DNA from: an uncultured delta proteobacterium
Lineage (GTDB): Bacteria > Myxococcota_A > UBA9160 > SMWR01
Direction of reading: 5' to 3'
DNA: 64,000 nt
Assembly: GCA_963832165.1 (NCBI GenBank)
Contig: CAWHTE010000001.1
Coordinates: 576,001-640,000, forward strand
How positions within the stretch are numbered: the first letter of the stretch is position 1; each line of letters begins with the position of its first letter. Both the position numbers and the translations under genes were made by a program. Below, piece after piece: positions 52,193 through 61,756 of this stretch. The notes beneath the pieces were generated by a model that ran no database searches, had not been told where the DNA came from, and was given only the letters and a program-made list of their open reading frames with translations.

Positions 52193-53674
52193 CTACTGGA
52201 GGTAGCCCAGCGCCCTCAGCTCCTCCACGTACTGCGCGTCGATCTCCGCGGCGGCTGGCGCGCGGGAGAGCGCCCGGCTCTCGGCCAGGCGGCGCTCGAG
52301 GGCTCGAGAGAGCTCCGCCACCATCTCCGGCCGCTCTGCCGCGCGATCGCGTTGCTCGCCCGGATCGGCGGCGAGGTCGAAGAGCTCGACGAAGTCCTCG
52401 GCTCGGTCGCGGCGGAACTTGTACGTGTAGCGCTCGCGGTCGGGATCGGCGTCCAGGTCGACGCGCTGCATGCCGGCGAGCTTCCACACCACGAGCTTCC
52501 ACGCCTGCGTGCGGACGGACGCGAGGTGGTAGGGGTAGTTGGCGAAGCCCGTGAACGCGAAGGTGGCGGAGTCGACTTCGCCCGCGGACGCCGCCGTTCC
52601 CGCCGCGGCTCGCTCCATCTCCGACACCCGAGAACGGCCCTGGATCGCGTGGTCCACACCGACGCCGAGCAGCGCCAGCGCCGTCGGCAGCAGATCGACG
52701 GTGCTCACCGGCGCCTCCACGACGGCGGCGGGGACCCCGGGGCCGGCCATTATCCAGGGCACGCGCAGCAGCTCGTCGTACAGGGTGTGGATGTGATCCA
52801 CCATCCCGTGCTCGTAGAACTCGTCGCCGTGATCCGAGACGACGATCACCACGGTCTTCGCGAGCAGGCCCTGGGCCTCGAGGCGGACCATGAGCTTCCC
52901 GAACAGCTCGTCCACGTAGGCGATCTCGCCGTCGTACTGCGCGATCGCGTGGGCGAGGTCTGCCGGGGATGGCCGCGGCGCGTCGGGCTGGAGCCGCTTG
53001 GTGTCATAGTCGCTCTTGCAGTCGCCGCAGAAGCGGCGATCGTAGGGCGGCGGCGGCTGGTAGGGCTTGTGCACGTTGAAGCCGTGCCAGAGCAGGAAGA
53101 AGGCGTCCTTCGGCTCGCGCTCGGCGAGCCAGCGCTCGAGGCGCGGCCAGGTGTCCTCGAAGTGCCTCCCGTCCGACACGAAGCTGTCGAAACCAGCGTC
53201 GATCCCGGTCTTCCCCGACATCCAGCCGCCGCCGGTGAAGGCCGCCGTGTGGTAGCCGCGCTCGCGCAGGATCTCCGCCAGCGTCCGGTGCTCCTCGGCG
53301 AGCGTCTCGAAGCTGGGATAGGCGACCAGCCCGTGCGCCGGCGGCTCGAGGCCGGTCAGCATGCTCGCGTGGGCGGGGAGCGTCCAGCTCGAGGCGCTCA
53401 CCGCCCGGCGGAACAACGTCCCTCGGGCGGCAAACGCGTCGATCCGCGGCGACGTGTCGCGGGCGTAGCCGTAGCACCCGAGGTGGTCCGCGCGCAGCGT
53501 GTCGATCGAGACGACGACCAGGTTGGTGCCGGAGAGCGTCGGGTCGAGCATCCGCTCCGGTCCGCAGCCCGCCCCCGCACCGGCGAGGCACGCGAGCCCC
53601 GCGATGATCCGGACGCGGCGCCTGCGTGGTCTCGTGAGGGTGCCGAGGGCTGCGTTCACGAATTCGGAGACCAT
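52193..53674 (-). CDS. Sulfatase-like hydrolase (alkaline phosphatase superfamily), exported
   Basis: IDTLRADHL, WTLPAHASMLTG, YDGEI, SDHG. Confidence 0.88.
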   Translation of the reverse strand: MVSEFVNAALGTLTRPRRRRVRIIAGLACLAGAGAGCGPERMLDPTLSGTNLVVVSIDTLRADHLGCYGYARDTSPRIDAFAARGTLFRRAVSASSWTLPAHASMLTGLEPPAHGLVAYPSFETLAEEHRTLAEILRERGYHTAAFTGGGWMSGKTGIDAGFDSFVSDGRHFEDTWPRLERWLAEREPKDAFFLLWHGFNVHKPYQPPPPYDRRFCGDCKSDYDTKRLQPDAPRPSPADLAHAIAQYDGEIAYVDELFGKLMVRLEAQGLLAKTVVIVVSDHGDEFYEHGMVDHIHTLYDELLRVPWIMAGPGVPAAVVEAPVSTVDLLPTALALLGVGVDHAIQGRSRVSEMERAAAGTAASAGEVDSATFAFTGFANYPYHLASVRTQAWKLVVWKLAGMQRVDLDADPDRERYTYKFRRDRAEDFVELFDLAADPGEQRDRAAERPEMVAELSRALERRLAESRALSRAPAAAEIDAQYVEELRALGYLQ

Positions 53675-53923
53675 GCGCTGGTGGGTATCCTGCAGCTGCT
53701 TCCCGATCGGGGAAGCGCGAGCCAGTGTGGATCGCCGGACCCGACGATGTCCAGACGGATCGCCACGGAACGGGAGGCGCGGGTAGGAAGGGTCGGGGGA
53801 TCACCGTGCCGTCCTGATTGATCATCACCACCTTCACGGCGGCGCTCCCGCCGCGACCGTCGTGGTCGACCCCCAGGATTCCCGGGCAGTCCATGTCGGC
53901 CTCCAGGACCGATACGGTCCCCA

Positions 53924-53991
53924 GAACCCGACATTTCTACTTCCGACATTTCTATTTGGGAGAAACCCGACGTTTGCATTTTGCGTCTACA
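53924..53991 (+). mobile_element. Orphan terminal end of an IS1202-family (ISNCY)-like element
   Basis: Three CCGACATTTCTA-type repeats (the third degenerate) ending ...TTTTGCGTCTACA. AT-rich; no transposase nearby. Confidence 0.55.
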
Positions 53992-53992
53992 T

Positions 53993-54130
53993 CGGAAGGT
54001 CCGAGAAGGGAACGTCGCGTCACCTGCCCGCGAAGGGGAGCCTCCAGCGCCGCGTGATCAGCGAGGCGCTCAAGGACCGCGTTCCCGCGAAGGGGAGCAG
54101 TTGACGTAACGATGCTTCTCGGACCTTCCG
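53993..54130. other. 138-nt branched hairpin (candidate ncRNA or MITE/REP-like element)
   Basis: Perfect 16-bp IR CGGAAGGTCCGAGAAG/CTTCTCGGACCTTCCG, an imperfect extension of about 17 bp, and three inner stem-loops. Confidence 0.6.
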
Positions 54131-54677
54131 GGAAGCCAGCTTGTTTCGCCTATGCTCCATGCTCATGCTCCAGCGTCGTGACTAACGTGAGTTGCGTCAG
54201 CGGCTACTCATCGAGTCGGTCGAATGGACTTGCGCGGCAAAGGATCAACAAGCAGCAAGCCGTCCCCGGCGTCGTCACGGCTTCATGATGTCCGATCGAA
54301 GCGTGCATCTCGTGGGTGCCAGGCCGGTCAACTGGATTTGAATCCAGTTCGGCGGTCGAACCGGCGCGTTGGACCTTGATGCGGCGTCTCGAGACGCCAC
54401 GAGAGTCGCCCGCGGGTGCCCTGGCTGGGAGCGAGGGGATCGATGCCGCCCGCGCGAGATCGAGGGGCAGCTTCGATGAAATTCGCGGACTTGAGCGAGC
54501 CAGTCTTCCCGAACGAGCGCTGTTCCCCGGCGGCGATCGACTAGCGACGAGATCGCACCTCGGGCCACCTACGGGGACGCGCCAGGATCGCTCAGGCGCG
54601 GCGATCTGCGGGCAGGGCGCGTCCGGGTGGGGTGGGGCACCAAGGCCGTCGGCGCGACTCGCCCGCGGGAACAGCGG

Positions 54678-55562
54678 TTAGTCGCCGGCGATCGTCGCGC
54701 GGCCGTGCTCGATCAGCACGGCACCTTCCTGAGTGACCACGCGGAATAGCACATAGCGATCGCCGCGCGCGTCGCGGCCGAGATCGTCGCCCGTCCAGAT
54801 CTCGGTCGTGAGCGCGTCGCCGTTGTAGCCCGGGCTCGCGAAGCGGCCCGCCAGCGCGCGCAGCCGGTCGGGCGCGCCGCCCGCGACCGCGTGGACGAGC
54901 GCGCGGCCCGCGAAGCCGAGCGTGTTCAAACCCGAGAGGATCGGCGCGCGAAAGCCCGCGCGCGCGGCGACCTCGGCGTCGAGGTGGATCGCGTTCGGGT
55001 CGTTGCCCGCATGGCGCCACAAGAGCGTCTGCACGGGCAGCGTGGAGTAGGTGATGCACAGGTCGGCGGTGCGCGCGGGCACCTCGGCCCGCTCCGCGCG
55101 CGGGCCGCGCTCGCCGCCGAAGCCGCCGTGACCCTTCACGAACAGGCTCGTCGTCGCCGTGAACAGCGGGGCGCCCGTCGCGCGATCGCTCGCGCTCACC
55201 TCGAGCACCACGAGCGCGCCCGAGCCCTTGTCGTAGATCCCAGCGACGCGCGTGCGGGTGTCGACGTCGCCGGAGGGTCCGACCGGCGCGTGCAACACGA
55301 GCGCCTGCTCGCCCTGAACGATCTCGTGGGGCGCGTAGTCGCCGGTTGCGAAGCCGGGGTCGGGCCACGACTCGGCTTCGGCCGCCATCACCCCCGACAA
55401 CACGAACGCGGGATAGACGCGCTGCACCGCGCCCTCGAGCGCGAACTCGGGTGCGTCGAACCCGGCCCCCACCGCGAGCGCGTAGAGCGCGCAGTCGCGC
55501 GGCCGCCACGTGCGGCGCGCCGGCGCAGAATGTGCGCCAATACGGTGGAGATACATCGCCAT
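54678..55562 (-). CDS. Double hot-dog MaoC enoyl-CoA hydratase 2-like protein
   Basis: ALYALAVGAG, IYDKGSGA, GFGGERG, NDPNAIHLD...AGFRAPILSGL. Confidence 0.88.
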   Translation of the reverse strand: MAMYLHRIGAHSAPARRTWRPRDCALYALAVGAGFDAPEFALEGAVQRVYPAFVLSGVMAAEAESWPDPGFATGDYAPHEIVQGEQALVLHAPVGPSGDVDTRTRVAGIYDKGSGALVVLEVSASDRATGAPLFTATTSLFVKGHGGFGGERGPRAERAEVPARTADLCITYSTLPVQTLLWRHAGNDPNAIHLDAEVAARAGFRAPILSGLNTLGFAGRALVHAVAGGAPDRLRALAGRFASPGYNGDALTTEIWTGDDLGRDARGDRYVLFRVVTQEGAVLIEHGRATIAGD

Positions 55563-55596
55563 GCGGGTTAGAAAGTAGCGGTCGAGAGGGGGCTAT

Positions 55597-55989
55597 ATGC
55601 AGATGGCTGCGACCTTGATGAGTGCGCTGCTCGCGGGGCTGGGCGCGATCGCGGTGTTCCTGCCCGATACGCTGATCGAAATGGGCCGAAACTTCACGAC
55701 GCCCAAAGGCTTGCTGGCCGCCGCCGCCGTGCGCGTCGTATTCGGGGCCTTGCTGATCACGGCGGCCTCGACCTCGCGCGCGCCCAATCTCTTGCGCGTG
55801 TTTGGCGCCCTGATCCTCGTGGCGGGTCTCGCCACGCCGCTGCTCGGCCCCGAGTACGCGCGCGGGCTCCAGGCCGCGGTGAGCGAGCGCGGTGAACTGA
55901 TCCGCGTGGCAGGCACCGTGGCGATCGTGCTCGGCTGCTCGTTCGTCTGGGCGCTGAGTCCCCGAGGCGGCGGGCGTGTATTGCGATGA
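55597..55989 (+). CDS. Small four-TM membrane protein
   Basis: Hydrophobic helices; overlaps the next start codon. Confidence 0.65.
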   Translation: MQMAATLMSALLAGLGAIAVFLPDTLIEMGRNFTTPKGLLAAAAVRVVFGALLITAASTSRAPNLLRVFGALILVAGLATPLLGPEYARGLQAAVSERGELIRVAGTVAIVLGCSFVWALSPRGGGRVLR

Positions 55990-57524
55990 TCGACGCGCGC
56001 GGGCTGTGGCCCCTCATCGAGGCGCGCGCCAACGTGTCTCCCGACGCGTTGTGCGCGGTCGACGAGCAAGAGGCCCAGCTCTCGTTCGGCGAGCTGCGCG
56101 CGCGCGCGGAGCGCGTCGCTGCGGCGCTGGCGCAGCGCGGTGTCGGACCCGACGTGCGCGTCTCGTGGCAGCTCCCGACCTGGATCGAGTCGCTCGTGCT
56201 CGTGGCCGCGCTCGCGCGGCTCGGCGCAGTCCAGAACCCGTTGCTGCCGATCTACCGCGAGCGCGAGATCGGCTTCATCGTCCGCGAGGTGCGGCCGCGC
56301 TGGCTCGTGGTGCCGCGCGTGTTCCGGGGCTACGACCACGCCGCGCTCGCGGAGCGCGTGCTCGCGGAGGTCGCGCGCGAGGGCGGACCGCCTTGCTCGC
56401 TGCTCGTCTGCGATCGCGCGCTGCCCGAGGCGGATCCCGCGGCGCTGCCGGTGTTCGCGCCCGCGCCGGACGATCCGTTGCGCTGGATCTTCTACACGTC
56501 GGGCACGACGGCCGATCCGAAGGGGGCCCTGCACAGCGACGAGACGATTGCGGCGGGCTCGCGCGGCGTCGCCGAGCGCTTCGAGCTCGGCCCCGACGAT
56601 CGCTACCCGATCGTGTTTCCGTTCACGCACATCGGCGGCATCGGGATGCTCGTGGTTCAGCTGCTGACCGGCGCCGGCGCGATCCTCGTCGAGCAGTACG
56701 ACGAGGAGAAGACGCCGCCCTTTCTGGGCGCGCATGGTGTGACGCTCGCCGCGGGCGGAACACCGCTCGTGATGCGCTACCTCCAGTATCAGCGTCGCCA
56801 TCCCGAACGGCGCGTGTTCCCGCGCCTGCGCTCGGCGATGGGTGGAGCGGCGCCGAAGCCGCCGCTCTTGCACAGCGAGGTGAAGGCCGAGCTCGGAGGC
56901 GCGGGTGTGGTCTCGGTGTACGGGCTCACGGAGGCGCCGTTCGTCGTCCTGTCGTCGCCCCGCGATCCCGACGATGCGCTCGCGCACTGCGAGGGCCGCG
57001 CTGCGGGCGGTGCCGAGCTGCGCGTCGTCGATGCCGCGGGGCGCGTCTGCGGGCCGGGCGAGGAGGGCGAGATCCGCGTGCGCGGACCGCAGATCTGCCG
57101 CGGCTACCTCGACGGCAAGGTCGAGAGCGAGGCGTTCGACGCCGACGGATTCTTCCGCACCGGAGATCTCGGATCGCTCGACGCGCGGGGCTTCCTGCGC
57201 GTGACGGGACGCCAGAAGGAGATCATCATCCGAAACGGCGAGAACATCTCGGCGAAGGAGATCGAGGATCTGCTCTACGCGCACCCGAAGATCGCGGACG
57301 CCGCGGTGATCGGGCTGCCCGATGAGCGCACGGGCGAGCGCTGCTGTGCGGTGGTCGTCGCGGCGCCGGGTGCGGCGCTCGACCTCGCGGAGGTCGTTCG
57401 CCACTGCGCCGCGGCGGGACTCGCGCGCCAGAAGCTTCCCGAGCAGCTCGAGCTCGTCGACAGCCTGCCGCGCAACGCGAGCGGCAAGGTGATGAAGCAC
57501 GAGCTGCGGCGGAGCTTCGTGTAA
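55986..57524 (+). CDS. Acyl-CoA synthetase (cyclohexanecarboxylate-CoA ligase-like)
   Basis: YTSGTTADPKG, YGLTE, FRTGDLG, GENIS, PRNASGKV. Confidence 0.92.
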   Translation: MIDARGLWPLIEARANVSPDALCAVDEQEAQLSFGELRARAERVAAALAQRGVGPDVRVSWQLPTWIESLVLVAALARLGAVQNPLLPIYREREIGFIVREVRPRWLVVPRVFRGYDHAALAERVLAEVAREGGPPCSLLVCDRALPEADPAALPVFAPAPDDPLRWIFYTSGTTADPKGALHSDETIAAGSRGVAERFELGPDDRYPIVFPFTHIGGIGMLVVQLLTGAGAILVEQYDEEKTPPFLGAHGVTLAAGGTPLVMRYLQYQRRHPERRVFPRLRSAMGGAAPKPPLLHSEVKAELGGAGVVSVYGLTEAPFVVLSSPRDPDDALAHCEGRAAGGAELRVVDAAGRVCGPGEEGEIRVRGPQICRGYLDGKVESEAFDADGFFRTGDLGSLDARGFLRVTGRQKEIIIRNGENISAKEIEDLLYAHPKIADAAVIGLPDERTGERCCAVVVAAPGAALDLAEVVRHCAAAGLARQKLPEQLELVDSLPRNASGKVMKHELRRSFV

Positions 57525-58489
57525 TGCAGCTCTCGTGCTCGTTCCCGCCGGGTCCGCGGGTCGTCGAGTACGCGCGGTTGGCCGAAGAGCTCGGCTACGC
57601 GCGCGTCTGGCTCTACGACTCGCCGCTGCTCTACCCCGACGTGTGGATGACACTCGCGCGGATCGCCGACGCGACACACCGGATCGGGCTCGGGCCCGGG
57701 GTGCTGGTGCCGAGCCTGCGCCACGTCGCGGCGCAGGCCGCCGCGATCGCGACGCTCGAGATGTCGGCGCCCGGGCGCGTCGCCGTGGCGATCGGCACCG
57801 GCTTCACGGGGCGCCGCCTGCTCGGCAAGCCGCCGCTCGCGTGGCGCACGGTGGCCGAGTACGTGCAGACGATCCGCGCGCTGCTGCGCGGTGAGGAGCC
57901 GATCGTCGACGGCGCGCCGCTGCGCCTGCTCCACCCCGACGGCTTCGCGCCCGAGCGCCCGCTCGCGACGCCGATCCTCGTCGCGGCGAACGGACCGCGC
58001 GGCCTCGAGGTGGCGCACACCCATGGCGACGGCGTGCTCGCACTCGCGGAGCCGCCCGCGGGCTTCGCGTGGTGCGCGCTCGCACGTTCGGGCACGCTGC
58101 TCGAGTCCGGCGAGACGCTCGCCTCGCCGCGCGTGTTCGACGCGCTCGCGCCCGCGATCGCGCTCGTCTATCACGCCACCTACGAGAGCGCGGGAGCCGC
58201 GGTCGACCAGCTGCCGGGCGGGCGCGCGTGGCGCGAGGCGGTCGAGCGCGTTCCGGCCGAGCGGCGCCACCTCGTGATCCACGAGGGTCACTGCGTGGCA
58301 GTCCCGCCGCGCGAGCGAGCGCTGCTCGATCCCGCGGTCGGCGCGATGACGTTCACGGGCACGCTCGAAGAGCTGCGCGCGCGCTGGTCCGGGCTCGAGG
58401 CCGCGGGCGCCACCGAGTTTGCGTATGCGCCGGCCGGCCCCGACATCCCGCGCGAGCTGCGCGCGATGGCTCGCGTCGCGGGGCTATAG
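57524..58489 (+). CDS. LLM-class flavin-dependent oxidoreductase
   Basis: AEELGYARVWLYDSP, IGLGPGV, AANGPRG. Confidence 0.9.
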   Translation: MQLSCSFPPGPRVVEYARLAEELGYARVWLYDSPLLYPDVWMTLARIADATHRIGLGPGVLVPSLRHVAAQAAAIATLEMSAPGRVAVAIGTGFTGRRLLGKPPLAWRTVAEYVQTIRALLRGEEPIVDGAPLRLLHPDGFAPERPLATPILVAANGPRGLEVAHTHGDGVLALAEPPAGFAWCALARSGTLLESGETLASPRVFDALAPAIALVYHATYESAGAAVDQLPGGRAWREAVERVPAERRHLVIHEGHCVAVPPRERALLDPAVGAMTFTGTLEELRARWSGLEAAGATEFAYAPAGPDIPRELRAMARVAGL

Positions 58490-58557
58490 ACAGGGCGGGT
58501 GATCGCGAGCCAGAATGCCGGTCGCCGGCTCCATCGCCGGTGGAAGAGGGAGGAGCC

Positions 58558-59193
58558 ATGGCCTTCGTCGATTGGCGCATGCGGGGCATCCAGATCTCGA
58601 ATTGCAACTGCGCGACGGGGTGTCCGTGTCAGTTCAACGCGCTGCCCACGAACGGCAACTGCCGGGCGTACGTGTTCTTCCAGATCGATTCGGGCCACTT
58701 CGGGAAGGTGCGGCTGGATGGGCTGCGCTGGGGCGGTCTGTTCGCGTGGCCCGGCCCGATCCATTTCGGCGAAGGCACGGCGATGGCCGTGATCGACGAG
58801 CGCGCGGACGCCGATCAGCGCGCGGCACTCGAGGCGATCGCGCAGGGCAGGGAGACCGAGCCCGGCTCGCTGGTCACCCAGGTGTTCAGCACGACGATCA
58901 CGAAGGGGCTCCCCACCGTGTTCAAAGCGATCGAGCTCGCGATCGACGAGAATGCCGGCACGGCGCGCGTGCGTGTGCCGGGTCTGATCGAGGGATCGGC
59001 CGAGCCGATCCGGAACCCCGTCACGGGTGAGCCCCATCGCGCGCGCGTCGCGCTGCCGAAGGGCTTCGAGTACCGCGAAGCCGAGTACGTCGCGGGCACC
59101 GCCAAGGCGACCGGCGCGATCGAGCTCGACTTCGAGGGCACGCACGCCCATATCGCGAAGGCGGACTGGGGCACGCGCGGGGTTCTGAACTAA
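58558..59193 (+). CDS. DUF1326-family putative metal-binding protein
   Basis: NCNCATGCPCQF...PTNGNC, WPGPIH, IDERA. Confidence 0.9.
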   Translation: MAFVDWRMRGIQISNCNCATGCPCQFNALPTNGNCRAYVFFQIDSGHFGKVRLDGLRWGGLFAWPGPIHFGEGTAMAVIDERADADQRAALEAIAQGRETEPGSLVTQVFSTTITKGLPTVFKAIELAIDENAGTARVRVPGLIEGSAEPIRNPVTGEPHRARVALPKGFEYREAEYVAGTAKATGAIELDFEGTHAHIAKADWGTRGVLN

Positions 59194-59223
59194 CGCGTCG
59201 AGCGCACCCCGAATTCCGGACGC

Positions 59224-59496
59224 CTACTCGCCGAGTCGGCTCGCTCCGGCGGCCATGTCGGCCGACACCTGGCTGCGGACCGCGTCGGTGAGCTTCACGG
59301 GTCGGTCGCCGCCGGACGGGGCGTCGGCGAGTCCCGCCAGCGGGGTCAGATCGGTAGCGAGCGGCGTTTCGCGCTGCGACATCGGCTGGATCGGCGCGAA
59401 CGCGCCGCCGAATGCCTGCTCGAGGCCCTTGGTGTAGATCGTCATCCCGATGTAGAGCGAGATCAGCAGCATCACGAGGCCGAAGGCCCTTCCCAT
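59224..59496 (-). CDS. Small hypothetical membrane-anchored protein
   Basis: N-terminal TM segment; RBS GGAGGT. Confidence 0.7.
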   Translation of the reverse strand: MGRAFGLVMLLISLYIGMTIYTKGLEQAFGGAFAPIQPMSQRETPLATDLTPLAGLADAPSGGDRPVKLTDAVRSQVSADMAAGASRLGE

Positions 59497-59635
59497 GGCA
59501 CACCTCCATTCACGGTGTGCTCATCGGCCGAACGGGCCGCGCTCCCGACACCCCGGCAACCCGCGCGCAACTCCGCGCCGATCCCGCGGCGGACCACTCG
59601 CTACGCTGGACGTGGCCGTGCGCTGAGGGATCCCG

Positions 59636-60757
59636 GTGAGCGAAACCCACGAGCTGGTGGTGCGAAGTGGCCTCGTCCACGTCGTCGCTGCGTTCGACGT
59701 CGGCCTGTCGGTCGATCTCGCGCGCAGCAAGCAACTGCTTTCCGACCTGACCGAGGTCGCGAGCATCAAGCACAAGGGTCATGCGCCTACGTACTTCCAG
59801 TTCGATCCGCCGCCGCTTCGGATGACCAAGGAGATCGCACCGCTGGAGATCGGGAGCCGCCGCACGAGCCCGAGCGTCGATCTCACCGTCTACGACTTCG
59901 GCGGCCTGTCGGTGAGTCACACCGTGACATTCTCGGGCTCGTTCGAGGAGCTGATCGAGCTCTCGTGCGCGCTGGCCGGCACGGACCTGTTCGTGCGCGA
60001 TTCCCGGCGGCATGCCGCCGATCTGTTGACGGTCATCGAGAGCGCCGTCGATCGCGCGAGCATCGCGCCGGCCTCCGAGGACTACCTGATCTTCGTGCTC
60101 TCGGAGGTCGAGGGGGCCGCGGAAGTCGAGGACTTCTGGACCCGTCTTGCGCCCGCGACCGCGCGCCTGCTGCGGTCGGAGCGCGACCCGCTCGCGGAGC
60201 AGGAGATCGCGGACGCGATGTCGACGCGGATCTCGTTCGGGCGCGACGACGTCGCCGTCCTCGACTGGAGCGCCGCGCTGCTCGTCGATCGCGAGCCCGA
60301 CGACGTTCGGTCCGTGCTCGAGTTCGCGAACCTCCAGCTGCTCGAGGTGCGCTTTCTCGATTCCGCGCTCGATCGCGCGCTCGATCGATCCTACGAAGTG
60401 GTGTCGAAGCCGCGTCGCCTCAGCGCATTCGGTCTCTCCGGGTGGTCGCGCGGCGAGCTCGCCGAGATCGGCAGCTTCGAGGTCGAAGGCGCGATCCTGT
60501 TCGAGCGCGTCGGCAACGCGATCAAGCTCGTCGGCGATCAGTACCTCGCTCGCGTGTACCGCGCCGCTTCGCAGCGCTTCCGCCTCGCCGAATGGAACGC
60601 GGCGATTCTGCGCAAGCTCGAGACGATCGAGAGCCTCTACCGCAAGGTCTCCGACCGCGCGAGCGGAGCGCGCGCCGAGGCGCTCGAGTGGATCATCATC
60701 GCGCTGATCGCGATCGAGGTGATGTTCACGCTCGTGCCGAGCCTGCGGCCGGGCTGA
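59636..60757 (+). CDS. RMD1/DUF155-like protein with a C-terminal TM segment
   Basis: LEFANLQLLE, GDQYLARVY, LEWIIIALIAIE. Confidence 0.75.
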   Translation: MSETHELVVRSGLVHVVAAFDVGLSVDLARSKQLLSDLTEVASIKHKGHAPTYFQFDPPPLRMTKEIAPLEIGSRRTSPSVDLTVYDFGGLSVSHTVTFSGSFEELIELSCALAGTDLFVRDSRRHAADLLTVIESAVDRASIAPASEDYLIFVLSEVEGAAEVEDFWTRLAPATARLLRSERDPLAEQEIADAMSTRISFGRDDVAVLDWSAALLVDREPDDVRSVLEFANLQLLEVRFLDSALDRALDRSYEVVSKPRRLSAFGLSGWSRGELAEIGSFEVEGAILFERVGNAIKLVGDQYLARVYRAASQRFRLAEWNAAILRKLETIESLYRKVSDRASGARAEALEWIIIALIAIEVMFTLVPSLRPG

Positions 60758-60768
60758 TCGGCTCGCGC

Positions 60769-61689
60769 CTAACGCGCGCGCGCGGTGGCGAGCGCCTTGC
60801 GCTCGGGGGCATGCCCCGCGGCGAGGCGTTTCTTGTGGCGGCCGATCTCCTCCGCCATCGAGTCGAGGAAGACGCGCACGCGCCCCGTGGTGCGCAGGTC
60901 CTCGTGGGTGAGCAGCCAGAGACCGGTCTCGAGCGCGGGCTCGGGCGGCCGCAGCTGCACGAGCGCGGGATCCTCGTCGGCGAGGAAGCAGAGCAGGTGG
61001 CCGATCCCGACCCCGGCGCGGATCGCCGCGCGCAGCGTCGTCCCGCTGCTCACGCGGCAGGCGATTCGCGCATCGGGCACTTGTTCGCGCAGCCAGCGCG
61101 CGGACGGGATGTGCGACATCCCATCTTCCCACCCGACCCAGAGATGGGCGGACAGCTCGCTCTCGGCCGGATGATCGTCGAGATAGCGACGCGCCGCGTA
61201 GAGCGCCGACGGCAGCGCGGCGAGTCGGCGGCCGACGAGGCTCGGCGGCGGGCGATCGGTGACGAGCAGCGCGACCTCCGCCTCGCGCATCGCGAGCTCG
61301 GCGGGTTCGGGCGTCGAGAGCAGGTCGACCTCGATATCGGGATAGCGGCGCGTGAACGTGGCGAGCTCGGGCATGAACGCCGTCGCGAGCGCATCGGTGG
61401 TCGCCACGCGCACGCGACCCGACAGGCGCGCGTCGCGGCCGCTCACCTGACGCGAGAGCGCCTCGAACTCGGCCTCGATGCGCCGCGCAGATTCGAGCAT
61501 CTGTGTGCCCTCGGGCGTGAGCACGTAGGCCGCGCCGCTGCGATCGAACAGCCGCACCCCGAGGCCGTGCTCGAGTGCGGCGAGCCGGCGCGACACCGTG
61601 GAATAGCTGACCCCGAGGCCGCGCGCGGCGTCCGCGAGCGAGCCCGCGCGCGCCACGGCGAGAAAGGTGCGCAGGTCGTCCCAGTCCAC
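60769..61689 (-). CDS. LysR-family transcriptional regulator
   Basis: DWDDLRTFLAVARAGSL...STVSRRLAALE; LWLLTHEDLR. Confidence 0.93.
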   Translation of the reverse strand: MDWDDLRTFLAVARAGSLADAARGLGVSYSTVSRRLAALEHGLGVRLFDRSGAAYVLTPEGTQMLESARRIEAEFEALSRQVSGRDARLSGRVRVATTDALATAFMPELATFTRRYPDIEVDLLSTPEPAELAMREAEVALLVTDRPPPSLVGRRLAALPSALYAARRYLDDHPAESELSAHLWVGWEDGMSHIPSARWLREQVPDARIACRVSSGTTLRAAIRAGVGIGHLLCFLADEDPALVQLRPPEPALETGLWLLTHEDLRTTGRVRVFLDSMAEEIGRHKKRLAAGHAPERKALATARAR

Positions 61690-61756
61690 GGGCGGATTCT
61701 CGCACAGACGGCTATTGGTGCCGGCTCGCCAGAGTTGGACCAGGAGGAGCAGCGAA

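Noticed and set aside
53928..54100. Mini CRISPR array
   Set aside because: The repeats are 12-15 bp with only two or three copies, and there are no cas genes.
53993..54140. SRP RNA (because of AGGTCCG..AAGG and GGAAGCCAGC)
   Set aside because: The SRP domain IV motif CAGGTCCGGAAGGAAGCAGC is not present as a loop; these bases form the outer stem.
54275..54680. Short ORFs in the gap after the hairpin
   Set aside because: Atypical codon usage and no recognisable motifs; probably degraded DNA.
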